Shown here: positions 19,219 to 27,754 of the stretch, in pieces
Numbering within the stretch: position 1 is the stretch's first letter
Layout of the letters: every line of letters starts with the position of its first letter
DNA from: a virus
Direction: 5' to 3' (one strand)
Length of the DNA: 64,000 nt
IMG/VR virus record: IMGVR_UViG_3300025009_000088
Location: 4,714-68,713 of that record
Translations under genes and position numbers: made by a program
The notes under the pieces: generated by a model
What the model was told of the DNA's origin: nothing
Seen by the model: only the letters and a program-made list of their open reading frames with translations
Database searches by the model: none

Positions 19219-21656
19219 GAATGACTCTCCATGAATTCACCAATCTTTTCTACGACATACTCCTGCATTGGTCTGGTTATGATTGGCGCAACTCCGATCC
19301 ACATACCAGAATTCATCACGAAATCGCTTTTGTGCAGTGTTCCACTTACTCTATATTTTACATCTTTATAGGCTGGATGTCTTGTTAGGTTTCCTGCAAA
19401 CAACATCCTTGTTCCAATCTTGTTAGTTTCCAAGAACGAGACAAACTCGTTTCTTGAAAACCCCGCGTTTTCCTTTATGGATATGGTAAAACCAAACCAA
19501 GACGGGCTACTGTGCGACGATCTCTCTGGAAGGATAAGGTAATCTTTCCACTTGTTCAATTCGTCCCTGTAAAACTGCCAATTATTTTGTCTTGTTTCAA
19601 CAAATGCTGAAAGACGCTTTATTTGTGAAAGTCCGACAGCGGCTTGCAGGTCGGTTGCCTTGAGATTATATCCAATTTCAGAGTAAATATACTTGTGGTC
19701 AAAGCCTTGTGGCAAGTCTCCAAGTTTCCAGTCAAACCTTTTTCCGCACGTATTGTCTTTTCCTGGCGCGCACCAACAGTTATGAACAGCAATTCCGTTA
19801 ACGTGATAGCTGTGTTCTTCTGATGACGTTTCTAAGTTGTAAACATCAATGTCGCTTACCTCAGAGACAACAATAGATCGGATTGGATAATGAGCATAAT
19901 TATTTGAAATCCAAGAAAATGCGTGATTAGTTCTTGCCTTATACGGTTCCCCAAGAAAAACCCCAAGTTTTTCTGCGTTCTTCCCATAAATAGATAGAGA
20001 GTGTAGATCGTTTTTTGCAACTACGTTCTTTCCGTTTATAACGGAAGGTTTGTGTACGCCTATGCCTCTTTTATACGAAGAGGTCAGAATTCCAACTCGG
20101 AGCAACATTTCTCTTACTTGATTTATCAATATGGTGCTTGTTGACGAAACATTAAATCCCTGGAAAGATGAACTTCCGTCTCCGCGCCAGTATCCTTTTA
20201 TAAGTTCTAAACACAGATCGTCGCTCCATCTAAAAATAAATTCAGGAAGGCTTTTATTTGCCGCGCCAGTTCCAAACATTTGTTTGAAAAACTCGTAACC
20301 CTTTCTTGTTTTGAAACAAACAGATACGCCGTTTGACTTTCCGTGTGTTCTTACGTTTCCCGCAATGCCGAAACACTTACGCATGAGTTCTTTTACATCT
20401 TCAATATATTCAATCTCGTCTTTATGAAACGCAAAATCAACTCGATACGAATAGTATTTGTTTTCTATATATCCGCTTTTTCCCTTTAATCCTTTTGCTA
20501 AACTGCCTTCTGCAAGCCAATATCCAATTAGTCTAGCAAGTTCTTTGCTCGGAACTATCTCCTCTTCTTTTGTCTGATAAAGGGTTTTATATGAAAAATG
20601 TATCGGGCGCGTACTGTTATATCTCCCGTATTGTGGAATTGCCTCTAGGAAAATGTCTTTTTTGCATTGTAAGTCCTTTGCCAGAACCCATAAATATTCT
20701 CCATTCCTGCAAACAAAAAACGGATGTTCTTCTGTGACGCTAATTTTTGGTCGCATTGACGACTTGATTGTGTATAGTTTTCCAGAATATTTTCTAACGG
20801 ATGTTTGTCTAACATCCGTATATTTTCCGGTGTGCGTTCTCACGTTGTCTTGGGCTACGCGTATCTTTTCTATAGGAACAACGCCCCTATCTGTGTCTAC
20901 AAGTGTTCCTGCTGGAAAACAAGACCTGCCCCAATCGCGGAATGAGCGTATGATACTGTTCAATAAAGAACTGTCTGTTGTAACTGCGCCTCCCTCGCCC
21001 ATCGAAATGTGGTGCGCAGGATAGAAACTAAACGTGGATATGTCCGCCCAAGCCGGAACTGGTTTTGAGTAATGTTCAGCCCCAAGCGCATCACAGCAAT
21101 CCGCAACAACCCACAATCCGTTCTGGTCTGCGAGTTCTCTTATTTCCTTTGCTCGATATGGATTTCCAAGTGTATGCGCCATGAATATTGCTTTTGTTTT
21201 TGGCGTGATTGCTTCGCTGACAGAGTGCGGAAGAGCGTTGTATCCTGGAATATTCGTGTCTATGAAAACAGGAACAAGTCCGTTCTGGATAATTGGATTT
21301 ACGGTTGTTGGAAAACCGCACGCAACGGTAATTACTTCGTCGCCCTTTTTGATTGCCCTGTCTTTTAGGCGATTTGACATTAGAGTGGAGATCGCAAGCA
21401 GGTTGGCGGATGAGCCAGAATTGCATAAAATAGCATACCGCTGTAAAGTTGCGTTTGCTAAAAACTTCTCAAATTCGTAGGCGTGTGCGCCATCAACATA
21501 CCACCTGCCTAGCGCAACTTCAACAATGGAAGCAACGTCATCGGCGTTCCAGGACGCTCCAGAAGTACGAACATAGGTCTCCCCCGGAACGAACTTCTCT
21601 GGGGCTTTCTTATTGATAAAGTCTCTTACTACGTCTAAAATATATTCGCTATTCAT
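19215..21656 (-). CDS. rfbH: CDP-4-keto-6-deoxyglucose 3-dehydrase (RfbH/DdhC, E1) containing an intein
   Basis: 'NSGSSANL', 'FPTTVNP', 'HTLGNP', 'DCCDALG', 'SFYPAHHISMGEGG' (His in place of Schiff-base Lys), 'RDWGR|CWC.PG.DNTC', 'DHKY.Y..IGYNLK'; exteins sum to 432 aa. Confidence 0.9.
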   Translation of the reverse strand: MNSEYILDVVRDFINKKAPEKFVPGETYVRTSGASWNADDVASIVEVALGRWYVDGAHAYEFEKFLANATLQRYAILCNSGSSANLLAISTLMSNRLKDRAIKKGDEVITVACGFPTTVNPIIQNGLVPVFIDTNIPGYNALPHSVSEAITPKTKAIFMAHTLGNPYRAKEIRELADQNGLWVVADCCDALGAEHYSKPVPAWADISTFSFYPAHHISMGEGGAVTTDSSLLNSIIRSFRDWGRSCFPAGTLVDTDRGVVPIEKIRVAQDNVRTHTGKYTDVRQTSVRKYSGKLYTIKSSMRPKISVTEEHPFFVCRNGEYLWVLAKDLQCKKDIFLEAIPQYGRYNSTRPIHFSYKTLYQTKEEEIVPSKELARLIGYWLAEGSLAKGLKGKSGYIENKYYSYRVDFAFHKDEIEYIEDVKELMRKCFGIAGNVRTHGKSNGVSVCFKTRKGYEFFKQMFGTGAANKSLPEFIFRWSDDLCLELIKGYWRGDGSSSFQGFNVSSTSTILINQVREMLLRVGILTSSYKRGIGVHKPSVINGKNVVAKNDLHSLSIYGKNAEKLGVFLGEPYKARTNHAFSWISNNYAHYPIRSIVVSEVSDIDVYNLETSSEEHSYHVNGIAVHNCWCAPGKDNTCGKRFDWKLGDLPQGFDHKYIYSEIGYNLKATDLQAAVGLSQIKRLSAFVETRQNNWQFYRDELNKWKDYLILPERSSHSSPSWFGFTISIKENAGFSRNEFVSFLETNKIGTRMLFAGNLTRHPAYKDVKYRVSGTLHKSDFVMNSGMWIGVAPIITRPMQEYVVEKIGEFMESHS
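19779..20921 (-). mobile_element. Intein (381 aa) with LAGLIDADG homing endonuclease
   Basis: N-terminal CFPAGT, block B 'VTEEHPF', 'LIGYWLAEGS' and 'LIKGYWRGDGS', block F 'VYNLET', C-terminal 'VHN' followed by extein Cys. Confidence 0.95.
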
Positions 21657-22494
21657 TGTGCTTGTAATAATCCACGAGAGATGCGATGGTCTGCTTTATA
21701 TCGTATTGCTGAGAATATCCCAACTCTTTTATCTTGGAAATGTCAAGAAACATTATTGGCGTTTGAACGATTTTATGGAACTCTGGAACTTCGATAACGT
21801 TTATCTTTCCGGTATATCCGGCGCAATGCCAGGCGTGCCTTACTAATTCCTCAATGTTCAAGCCCTGTCCGTTTGCGACATTATATATCTGATTTGTTTT
21901 TCCGTTTTCAACAACAAGGCGGATTGCAGAGACAACATCTCGCACGTCTATGAAGTCTCTAACCGAACCGTTCTTGTAAAGGTTTATTTCTCTTCCTTGC
22001 GCAAGTTCCCTGACCATGTATTGCAACGCATTCTTCTTTGCGCTTATCTTTTTATCGCCAATTCCAATTACGTTTCCAAGACGCAGAATGCGATACTTCA
22101 TGCCGAAAGTTTGGCAGTAGGACGCCAAGAGTTGCTCGGCGCATAATTTAGTCGCGGAATAAAAGCCAGTTGGAAAGCACGGAGAATCCTCTGTTGCTGG
22201 AAGCGCAGTCTTGCCTAGGACAAACCATGAGGAAATTATGTTATAGACTGTTTTGCTTCCGTGAAACTGTCTTGCTTTTTCAAGTTTTTCAATCAGTAAA
22301 GACAGGTTCGTGTCTATGTCAAGATACGGATTTGTCTTTACGTTGTAGTTGTCAACCGTGCTGACAAAATCAAGAATGTCTGGATGTTCCGAGATAATAA
22401 AGTCTCTTTGAACGACCCCTATTTCGTCTGCGTATTTAGCGGCATAGTTTCCTCCGATAAATCCGCCCGCACCGAAAACAGATATTTTATTCAT
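21649..22494 (-). CDS. NAD-dependent sugar epimerase/reductase (extended SDR)
   Basis: 'GAGGFIG', 'ISS', 'YSATK', 'LRLGNVIG', 'RDFIDVRD'. Confidence 0.85.
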   Translation of the reverse strand: MNKISVFGAGGFIGGNYAAKYADEIGVVQRDFIISEHPDILDFVSTVDNYNVKTNPYLDIDTNLSLLIEKLEKARQFHGSKTVYNIISSWFVLGKTALPATEDSPCFPTGFYSATKLCAEQLLASYCQTFGMKYRILRLGNVIGIGDKKISAKKNALQYMVRELAQGREINLYKNGSVRDFIDVRDVVSAIRLVVENGKTNQIYNVANGQGLNIEELVRHAWHCAGYTGKINVIEVPEFHKIVQTPIMFLDISKIKELGYSQQYDIKQTIASLVDYYKHNE

Positions 22495-23420
22495 TTTGGT
22501 TCCATGTACCAAGGAATAGTGAAATCAAGTCCGGTGTCAATATCAATCGCAGGACTCCAATCAATCAGTTCTTTTGCCAAGTCGTTCTCAATGTGCTGGT
22601 GCGGAATTTCGCCTTTCCACTGTTTTTCGTAGGTTGGCGCAAGATCAACTCTGTTCATTTTTTCAAGTATTGTATCAACAATTTCCGCAACCGAATGATT
22701 GAAGCCGCACAGGTTTAGTTCGGTCAAATTCTGCTTGTACGGAAGTTCTGCCGCTTTCAGGTATCCTTCAACAATATCACTGACGTAAATGTAGTCTCTT
22801 GTGTTGCTTCCGTCTCCGCGTATGACAGGTGGCTCGCCTCGCACAGCGTTGCGAATTGTTCTTGGAATAATCCTGTCAAAATGTGTATCTCCTGAACCAT
22901 AGACGTTTGCATTTCTGACAACAACAGTCGGAATACCAAGAAACAAGGAATACATTTTTGCAAGTGTATCGCCAGCCAGCTTCGAGGCGTTGTACGGATG
23001 CTCATAGCCCTGCGGAATGGTGTCTTTTGTAATCGGACTGACGTTGCCAAAAATCTTGTCCGTACTGATAAACACGAGAGATTTGAGAGTTGGCAGGTCT
23101 TTGCAGGCGCACAGGAGGTTTGCCGATCCTTTGACATTTGTATCAATTGTTTCGCAAACGTCTTTCATGGCAACCGAAACAAGTGGTTGTGCGGCAAGGT
23201 GGAAAATGATTTCTGGCGCAAAACGCCTTAGTTCTATGGTGAACTCTTCGTCAACATTGGTTATGTCGCCAACGAATTTACCGATGTTTGGCGGTGCTTT
23301 CCTGACATGCTCAAGAAGCATAATATTCGCATTGAGAAAGCGAAGTATTCTCGTCAGGTGCGACCCCACGAATCCTGTGCCGCCGGAAATAAAGACGCGC
23401 TTACCGCTAAAGTTCATCAC
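22491..23420 (-). CDS. rfbG: CDP-glucose 4,6-dehydratase-like (RfbG/DdhB)
   Basis: 'GGTGFVGS', 'FHLAAQPLV', 'STDK', 'PYNASK', 'ANVYGSGD..FDRIIP'. Confidence 0.8.
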   Translation of the reverse strand: MMNFSGKRVFISGGTGFVGSHLTRILRFLNANIMLLEHVRKAPPNIGKFVGDITNVDEEFTIELRRFAPEIIFHLAAQPLVSVAMKDVCETIDTNVKGSANLLCACKDLPTLKSLVFISTDKIFGNVSPITKDTIPQGYEHPYNASKLAGDTLAKMYSLFLGIPTVVVRNANVYGSGDTHFDRIIPRTIRNAVRGEPPVIRGDGSNTRDYIYVSDIVEGYLKAAELPYKQNLTELNLCGFNHSVAEIVDTILEKMNRVDLAPTYEKQWKGEIPHQHIENDLAKELIDWSPAIDIDTGLDFTIPWYMEPK

Positions 23421-23812
23421 TCCACCGTGCCGTCCGCGTGACGGGAAACCCCGACGTTATTTTTTTCCGTCAACATTCTTAAGCAGGCTACGACTTTTCC
23501 GTCACTCATCGGACTTGCCAACTTGGAATATGCGGCGTAACCAACAACTCCTGCGATACTCCCGCAACTGCACCATAAGCCCCATCCTTTATGAGATTTT
23601 GGGGCGGCATAAACAAAGTGGGCAGATTGCGGTGCGCACTTGACCAAGCCGTATCCATCAACCCATAGCGCGTCTGTACGATATACCACAGTTCCGTCTG
23701 CCAGCGTTGCTTTTTGCGCATCTCCTAAAGAGCGCACAATCTTAGGGGCATGAGAAACTTCATTTATCCCCTTGCTTTTTAGAACTTGGTTGTTCCATTT
23801 ATCAATGTTCAT
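23417..23812 (-). CDS. Hypothetical protein (CxC motif)
   Basis: Coupled ORF within glycan locus. Confidence 0.55.
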   Translation of the reverse strand: MNIDKWNNQVLKSKGINEVSHAPKIVRSLGDAQKATLADGTVVYRTDALWVDGYGLVKCAPQSAHFVYAAPKSHKGWGLWCSCGSIAGVVGYAAYSKLASPMSDGKVVACLRMLTEKNNVGVSRHADGTVE

Positions 23813-24768
23813 GCCAATCCTACCTCATCAAAAATCTGTTGAATACGCAACTCATACGTGTGTCGCTCATGGACAATGTTGTGCGCAGAAGTCGCAACAG
23901 CCTTAGCCCATTCTGGATTTGCAAGCGCAAACTCAACTTTATCAACCGCTTCTTCGACAGTATCAAATCCGAGATATTGTTTTCCTTCCACAAGCCCAAG
24001 TTCTTCAAGGTGCGGCAAGCGATTAATAACTGGAACTTGGCGCATTGCCATAATTTCCATCGTTCTGGCGTTTATGTCCATGAGACTAGACCAATTTAGT
24101 CCGATTGTCGCGCGGTTATTCTCTTGGCGGTATTCGTCATAAATAAGACCAAGGTCATATAGAACCTTGCGACCTCTTGAGCGCAGAGCGTTGACAAGTC
24201 TATCTCTCTGTTCGTAGTGCAGACCAATCAGGCTTGCGTCGTAGTCTTTTTCTACGTTGCTCATTGCGTAATGGTGGTCTGGAGAACAGCAGTACGGAAG
24301 GAAGATGTCTCCTGGTTTTAGGTAGTATCTTTGCATACCGAAAAACCATCCGGCTTTCGGACGAACATCCTCGTACCAGTTTCCTAAAACGTGCGGGTCG
24401 GTTGCGATTACTGCATACGGGCAATCTGGTTGGTCTGAGAAGTGAAAGCCAGCGTCGCAGGCTATTACAAGGTCTGGCGTCCAAGGAAGATTATGTTTTA
24501 CTGCGTGCCAGGATGGTCTCGTCATTGTTGGCGGAAGAGGAAGGTCAACTGGCTTCACGTACTTCATTGGTATTCTCATTCCACCGCCCCAAGGAATTGA
24601 ATCTCCTGTGTATGCCCCAAGAGTAAACAATTCAACGTCTGGACGCTTTTCGAGCGCGTGGCGGAAATAACTTAATATTGCGAAGGGGTAAAAGATTCCA
24701 GAAAGCACCAGCCTAATCTTCCTGGTTTCCAAACTCTTGATTTCAACTTGCGGTAATGTGTCAATCAT
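23809..24768 (-). CDS. Glycosyltransferase, CgeB / Glyco_trans_1_2-like
   Basis: 'YD.SLIG....R', 'IGLN.S...IN.R.MEI', 'HTYELRIQQI'. Confidence 0.8.
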   Translation of the reverse strand: MIDTLPQVEIKSLETRKIRLVLSGIFYPFAILSYFRHALEKRPDVELFTLGAYTGDSIPWGGGMRIPMKYVKPVDLPLPPTMTRPSWHAVKHNLPWTPDLVIACDAGFHFSDQPDCPYAVIATDPHVLGNWYEDVRPKAGWFFGMQRYYLKPGDIFLPYCCSPDHHYAMSNVEKDYDASLIGLHYEQRDRLVNALRSRGRKVLYDLGLIYDEYRQENNRATIGLNWSSLMDINARTMEIMAMRQVPVINRLPHLEELGLVEGKQYLGFDTVEEAVDKVEFALANPEWAKAVATSAHNIVHERHTYELRIQQIFDEVGLA

Positions 24769-25454
24769 TATTCTGTCCATTTCTTTCGAAAATATTCTCT
24801 GTTTCTTTTGGTGACTGCCTCTCGCTCTGGATTGTATCCAAGAGTTCCTCCGCCTAAGTGAACTATATTCGGAGTGTTTAGCGGAGAGAGCGCAAAGCCA
24901 AGTTCTTTTGCTTTTGTAGACAGGTCAACGTCTTCATAGTCATTCGGTGCATACGCAGGGTCAAAATATCCAAGTTCTTGCCACCTATCTGCGGTTGTCG
25001 CAAGGAAATAGCCTTCCGCGTATCCGAACACCCTACCATTGAATGTGTTCCAGCCAGTATCGTGCAAAAGAAGTTTATGTCCTACAAGAGTTTTCGGAGA
25101 CGCAGATAGAATTTCTTCTGTCTGCCCGATAAACTTTCCGTGAATTCGCACATCATTTGAGATTAGGAATACGATCCTGTCTTTTTCGTGTTTGGTACAT
25201 GCGACAAGCCTAAGTCCAATATTCGAGGCAATCGTAAAGCCTACGTTTTCTATCAATTTTTCCACTTCTATAGGAAGAAGGCGATCATCTTTCCACGCAT
25301 CCAGAGAAGCAATTGTTTCGGCATCTGTTGAGCGGTCGTCCACAATAATAATTCGGTCAATTGATTTCTGTTCGTGCAAAAGTAAATCAAGAAGTAATCG
25401 ACCAGTTAGCTCATAGTGATTGTGGCACGGAATTACAATCGTTGTTTTATACAT
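24768..25454 (-). CDS. Glycosyltransferase family 2
   Basis: 'IVIPCHN', 'IIVDDRSTD', 'NVGF..ASN.G', 'YEDVDL'. Confidence 0.9.
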   Translation of the reverse strand: MYKTTIVIPCHNHYELTGRLLLDLLLHEQKSIDRIIIVDDRSTDAETIASLDAWKDDRLLPIEVEKLIENVGFTIASNIGLRLVACTKHEKDRIVFLISNDVRIHGKFIGQTEEILSASPKTLVGHKLLLHDTGWNTFNGRVFGYAEGYFLATTADRWQELGYFDPAYAPNDYEDVDLSTKAKELGFALSPLNTPNIVHLGGGTLGYNPEREAVTKRNREYFRKKWTE

Positions 25455-26259
25455 GGAACTCTTCTTTTTTCATAAGTTCAATAGATTCTGATATGCTGTG
25501 AATTGGCAAGCCAACAGACTTCGCAAGCGAAACGCCCATTGAGCAGTTGCGCGGACGAGGAGAATATCCTGCTATCTCTGACGTTCTTCGAGCAACAAAT
25601 CTATCATTTCTAAAATACGCCTTGGATACTGCGCACATGAAATCGTAGAACGACATCGAATTTTCACTTCCGTAATTCGTCACTTTTGGCATATTATTGA
25701 CATGATTCGCAAATTCCATGATTGCCTGTGCGACAAAATCAAGGTGGCAGTAGTTTCTCTTTATGAATGTTGGAACTTTGACTTCTTTTCCTTGCCGCAG
25801 ATTGTCAATATAACCCCATATATCCGAGTTGATTTCGTAAGAGAAGCCTCTGGCAAGCCTGATTGTCTTTCCGCCATATAAATTGACAACCGCTTCTGCG
25901 CCAAACTTCGTGAAGCCGTAATTGTTTATCGGCTTCGGTTCGTCTTTCTCGCTGTACTTTCCGAAAATCCTTTTGCCGCCATAGACCTGATCGGATGACA
26001 GCAAGACAACTTTGTTTTCTGCTAGTTTACAGAGATTGGCAGTTCCCCATACGTTTACCGCAAGTGCTTTTTCATAGTCATCTTCGCAAGCGTCAATTGA
26101 AGAAATTCCTGCGGCGTGAATAACCACGTCTGGATTTACACGGTGTAATTCCCTTTCTACTGCGTTCTTGTCAAGAATGTCGCAGTTCAGCGGAATAGCA
26201 CCTAGGGCGGCTAAGCGCCGCCCTATTTTTCCTTTACTTCCAGTTGTTGCGATTTTCAT
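25447..26259 (-). CDS. RmlD-like NDP-4-keto-sugar reductase
   Basis: 'TGSKGKIG', 'PDVVIHAAG..SIDACE', 'VNV.GT.NL', 'SSDQVY', 'P.PINNYG.TK'. Confidence 0.85.
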   Translation of the reverse strand: MKIATTGSKGKIGRRLAALGAIPLNCDILDKNAVERELHRVNPDVVIHAAGISSIDACEDDYEKALAVNVWGTANLCKLAENKVVLLSSDQVYGGKRIFGKYSEKDEPKPINNYGFTKFGAEAVVNLYGGKTIRLARGFSYEINSDIWGYIDNLRQGKEVKVPTFIKRNYCHLDFVAQAIMEFANHVNNMPKVTNYGSENSMSFYDFMCAVSKAYFRNDRFVARRTSEIAGYSPRPRNCSMGVSLAKSVGLPIHSISESIELMKKEEFHV

Positions 26260-26281
26260 TTTTATCTTAGTTCCAAGCGAT

Positions 26282-26716
26282 TTACTGATTGTCGGTCATG
26301 CCGCTTGAGAAAGCCTCGATCTCCAACTTGTCAACCGAGAACCTATGAACCGCCTTTGTGCCAATCATCTGCGTAATGTACGCAAAGATTAGACCGAGTA
26401 GTTTTGCGAGTTCACCGATTTGGTTGTCAAGGGAGTGGATGTCGAATGTGGGATAGAACTTCATCCAGAAAGCAACAGCGACCAACGCGAGCAGATTGAA
26501 AAACGCAGACCAAAATCCGGCCGTGCCGTCATTGATAGCACCTGAATATTTCAGCACGTCAATCAGAAAAGAGATCGCCAATTGCAGACCGATTAGACTG
26601 GCCGCAACAATCTCTATCTGCCCAATATCCAGCCCAGCCCAGGCGAGTAGCGCAACAATCACAGCGACCAATGCGAGTGGCAGACCCAAAGTCTTGAAAA
26701 TGGTTTTTAAGTCCAT
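26282..26716 (-). CDS. Multi-pass membrane protein (possible holin)
   Basis: Three to four hydrophobic helices, 144 aa. Confidence 0.5.
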   Translation of the reverse strand: MDLKTIFKTLGLPLALVAVIVALLAWAGLDIGQIEIVAASLIGLQLAISFLIDVLKYSGAINDGTAGFWSAFFNLLALVAVAFWMKFYPTFDIHSLDNQIGELAKLLGLIFAYITQMIGTKAVHRFSVDKLEIEAFSSGMTDNQ

Positions 26717-26779
26717 ACGTTCTCCTTTTAATTCTATTCTAACATGGATTAATCGTATTCTAATTATACTAATCTATTT

Positions 26780-27031
26780 CTAATAATGTCCGTCCTTCCA
26801 TACTTTTACTGCAAGTTCTGACGCAAGAGAGAAAACGAGTTTCGTTCCTCCGCAACATCCACCTTGAACCGCAAGGAGCGCAGGAACATCGGACTCGTCT
26901 ACAACGAGCATGGAAATTCCGTGTTGCACATTGCAGACAAGTTCTTTTCCGTTGATCTTTATGAATTTAGGAATAGGTTGCCCATACCTAATGTAAACTT
27001 TTCCGTTCTCGTATTGTGCGCCTTGTATCAT
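26780..27031 (-). CDS. Small Cys-Cys motif protein (similar to 9689..9985)
   Basis: 'VDESDVPALL..QGGCCGG'. Confidence 0.6.
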   Translation of the reverse strand: MIQGAQYENGKVYIRYGQPIPKFIKINGKELVCNVQHGISMLVVDESDVPALLAVQGGCCGGTKLVFSLASELAVKVWKDGHY

Positions 27032-27042
27032 TGTGAATTATC

Positions 27043-27342
27043 TCATGAATGTATAAGGCTCTTCGCCGTTCTGAGCGACGCGGCGTAAACGGAATAAGAA
27101 CCAACCGCAACGCCAGCGTACCATTCCTTTTCTACGCGGTCTGCGAGTTCTCCTCCGACAAACGAGAACACCATGCGCTTCGGGTCTGTTCGGTCAATGC
27201 CAAGAAGCCGACAACCCTCTGCGTGGAAGGCGGCGGCAAGGTACAGGTCTTTGGTTGTTTTGTTTGGAATGTCTTGCTTGATGACAACGCCCTGCGGGTC
27301 TAACTTTGTTTCTGCTTTTTGTGGGTCAGTTTTTAGTTCCAT
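27043..27342 (-). CDS. DUF5659-like small putative DNA-binding protein
   Basis: 'TKDLYLAAA....G..L......RMVF.F' pattern; AAGGA RBS before MELKT. Confidence 0.55.
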   Translation of the reverse strand: MELKTDPQKAETKLDPQGVVIKQDIPNKTTKDLYLAAAFHAEGCRLLGIDRTDPKRMVFSFVGGELADRVEKEWYAGVAVGSYSVYAASLRTAKSLIHS

Positions 27343-27369
27343 GATTGTATATTTATCCTTTCTAATACA

Positions 27370-27398
27370 ATCATACAAGCAGGGGGTTTCTATGTCAA
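27370..27398 (-). promoter_or_regulatory. Sigma70-type promoter upstream of DUF5659 gene and glycan locus
   Basis: TTGACA-17 nt-TATGAT on minus strand. Confidence 0.65.
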
Positions 27399-27635
27399 TT
27401 ATGAATTTTGTTGCACTCTTATGAATTTACTCCTATGCCCAACGTGCCAGGAGCCGCAGTAGTCACAACGAAAAGAATGCAGGTCTTTTATATCTGCCGT
27501 AGGATCGCTTCCCCAAATAAAAGTAATTCCCTTGTCTGCGTCCTGCTCTGTCAAATACTTTGTTTTCCTTGTCCTGTCGCAAATCCCATTACTGCCGTGC
27601 TTCTTTCTTTTTGGCTTGTGCATTTTTACCTCCAC
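27399..27635 (-). CDS. Small phage protein with CxxC..WH motif
   Basis: 'FRCDYCGSWHVGH'. Confidence 0.55.
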   Translation of the reverse strand: MEVKMHKPKRKKHGSNGICDRTRKTKYLTEQDADKGITFIWGSDPTADIKDLHSFRCDYCGSWHVGHRSKFIRVQQNS

Positions 27636-27671
27636 CTAATATTTTACCGCAATAATATGAGAATTGGATTA

Positions 27672-27707
27672 TAAAATGAAAATAGGACTGTCTTTCAACA
27701 GTCCTAT
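27672..27707 (-). terminator. Rho-independent terminator after major capsid gene
   Basis: ATAGGACTGT/ACAGTCCTAT stem followed by T-rich tract on minus strand. Confidence 0.6.
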
Positions 27708-27754
27708 ATATTCAAACCACCCGATTTGTCAAGGGTTTTACAAGATTGGTAGAC

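Noticed and set aside
14781-26259. Host O-antigen locus or misassembled bacterial DNA
   Set aside because: No wzx/wzy/ABC exporter or initiating phosphoglycosyl transferase; genes are co-oriented with phage late genes and carry the same palindrome (15819, 26135) as the rest of the phage.
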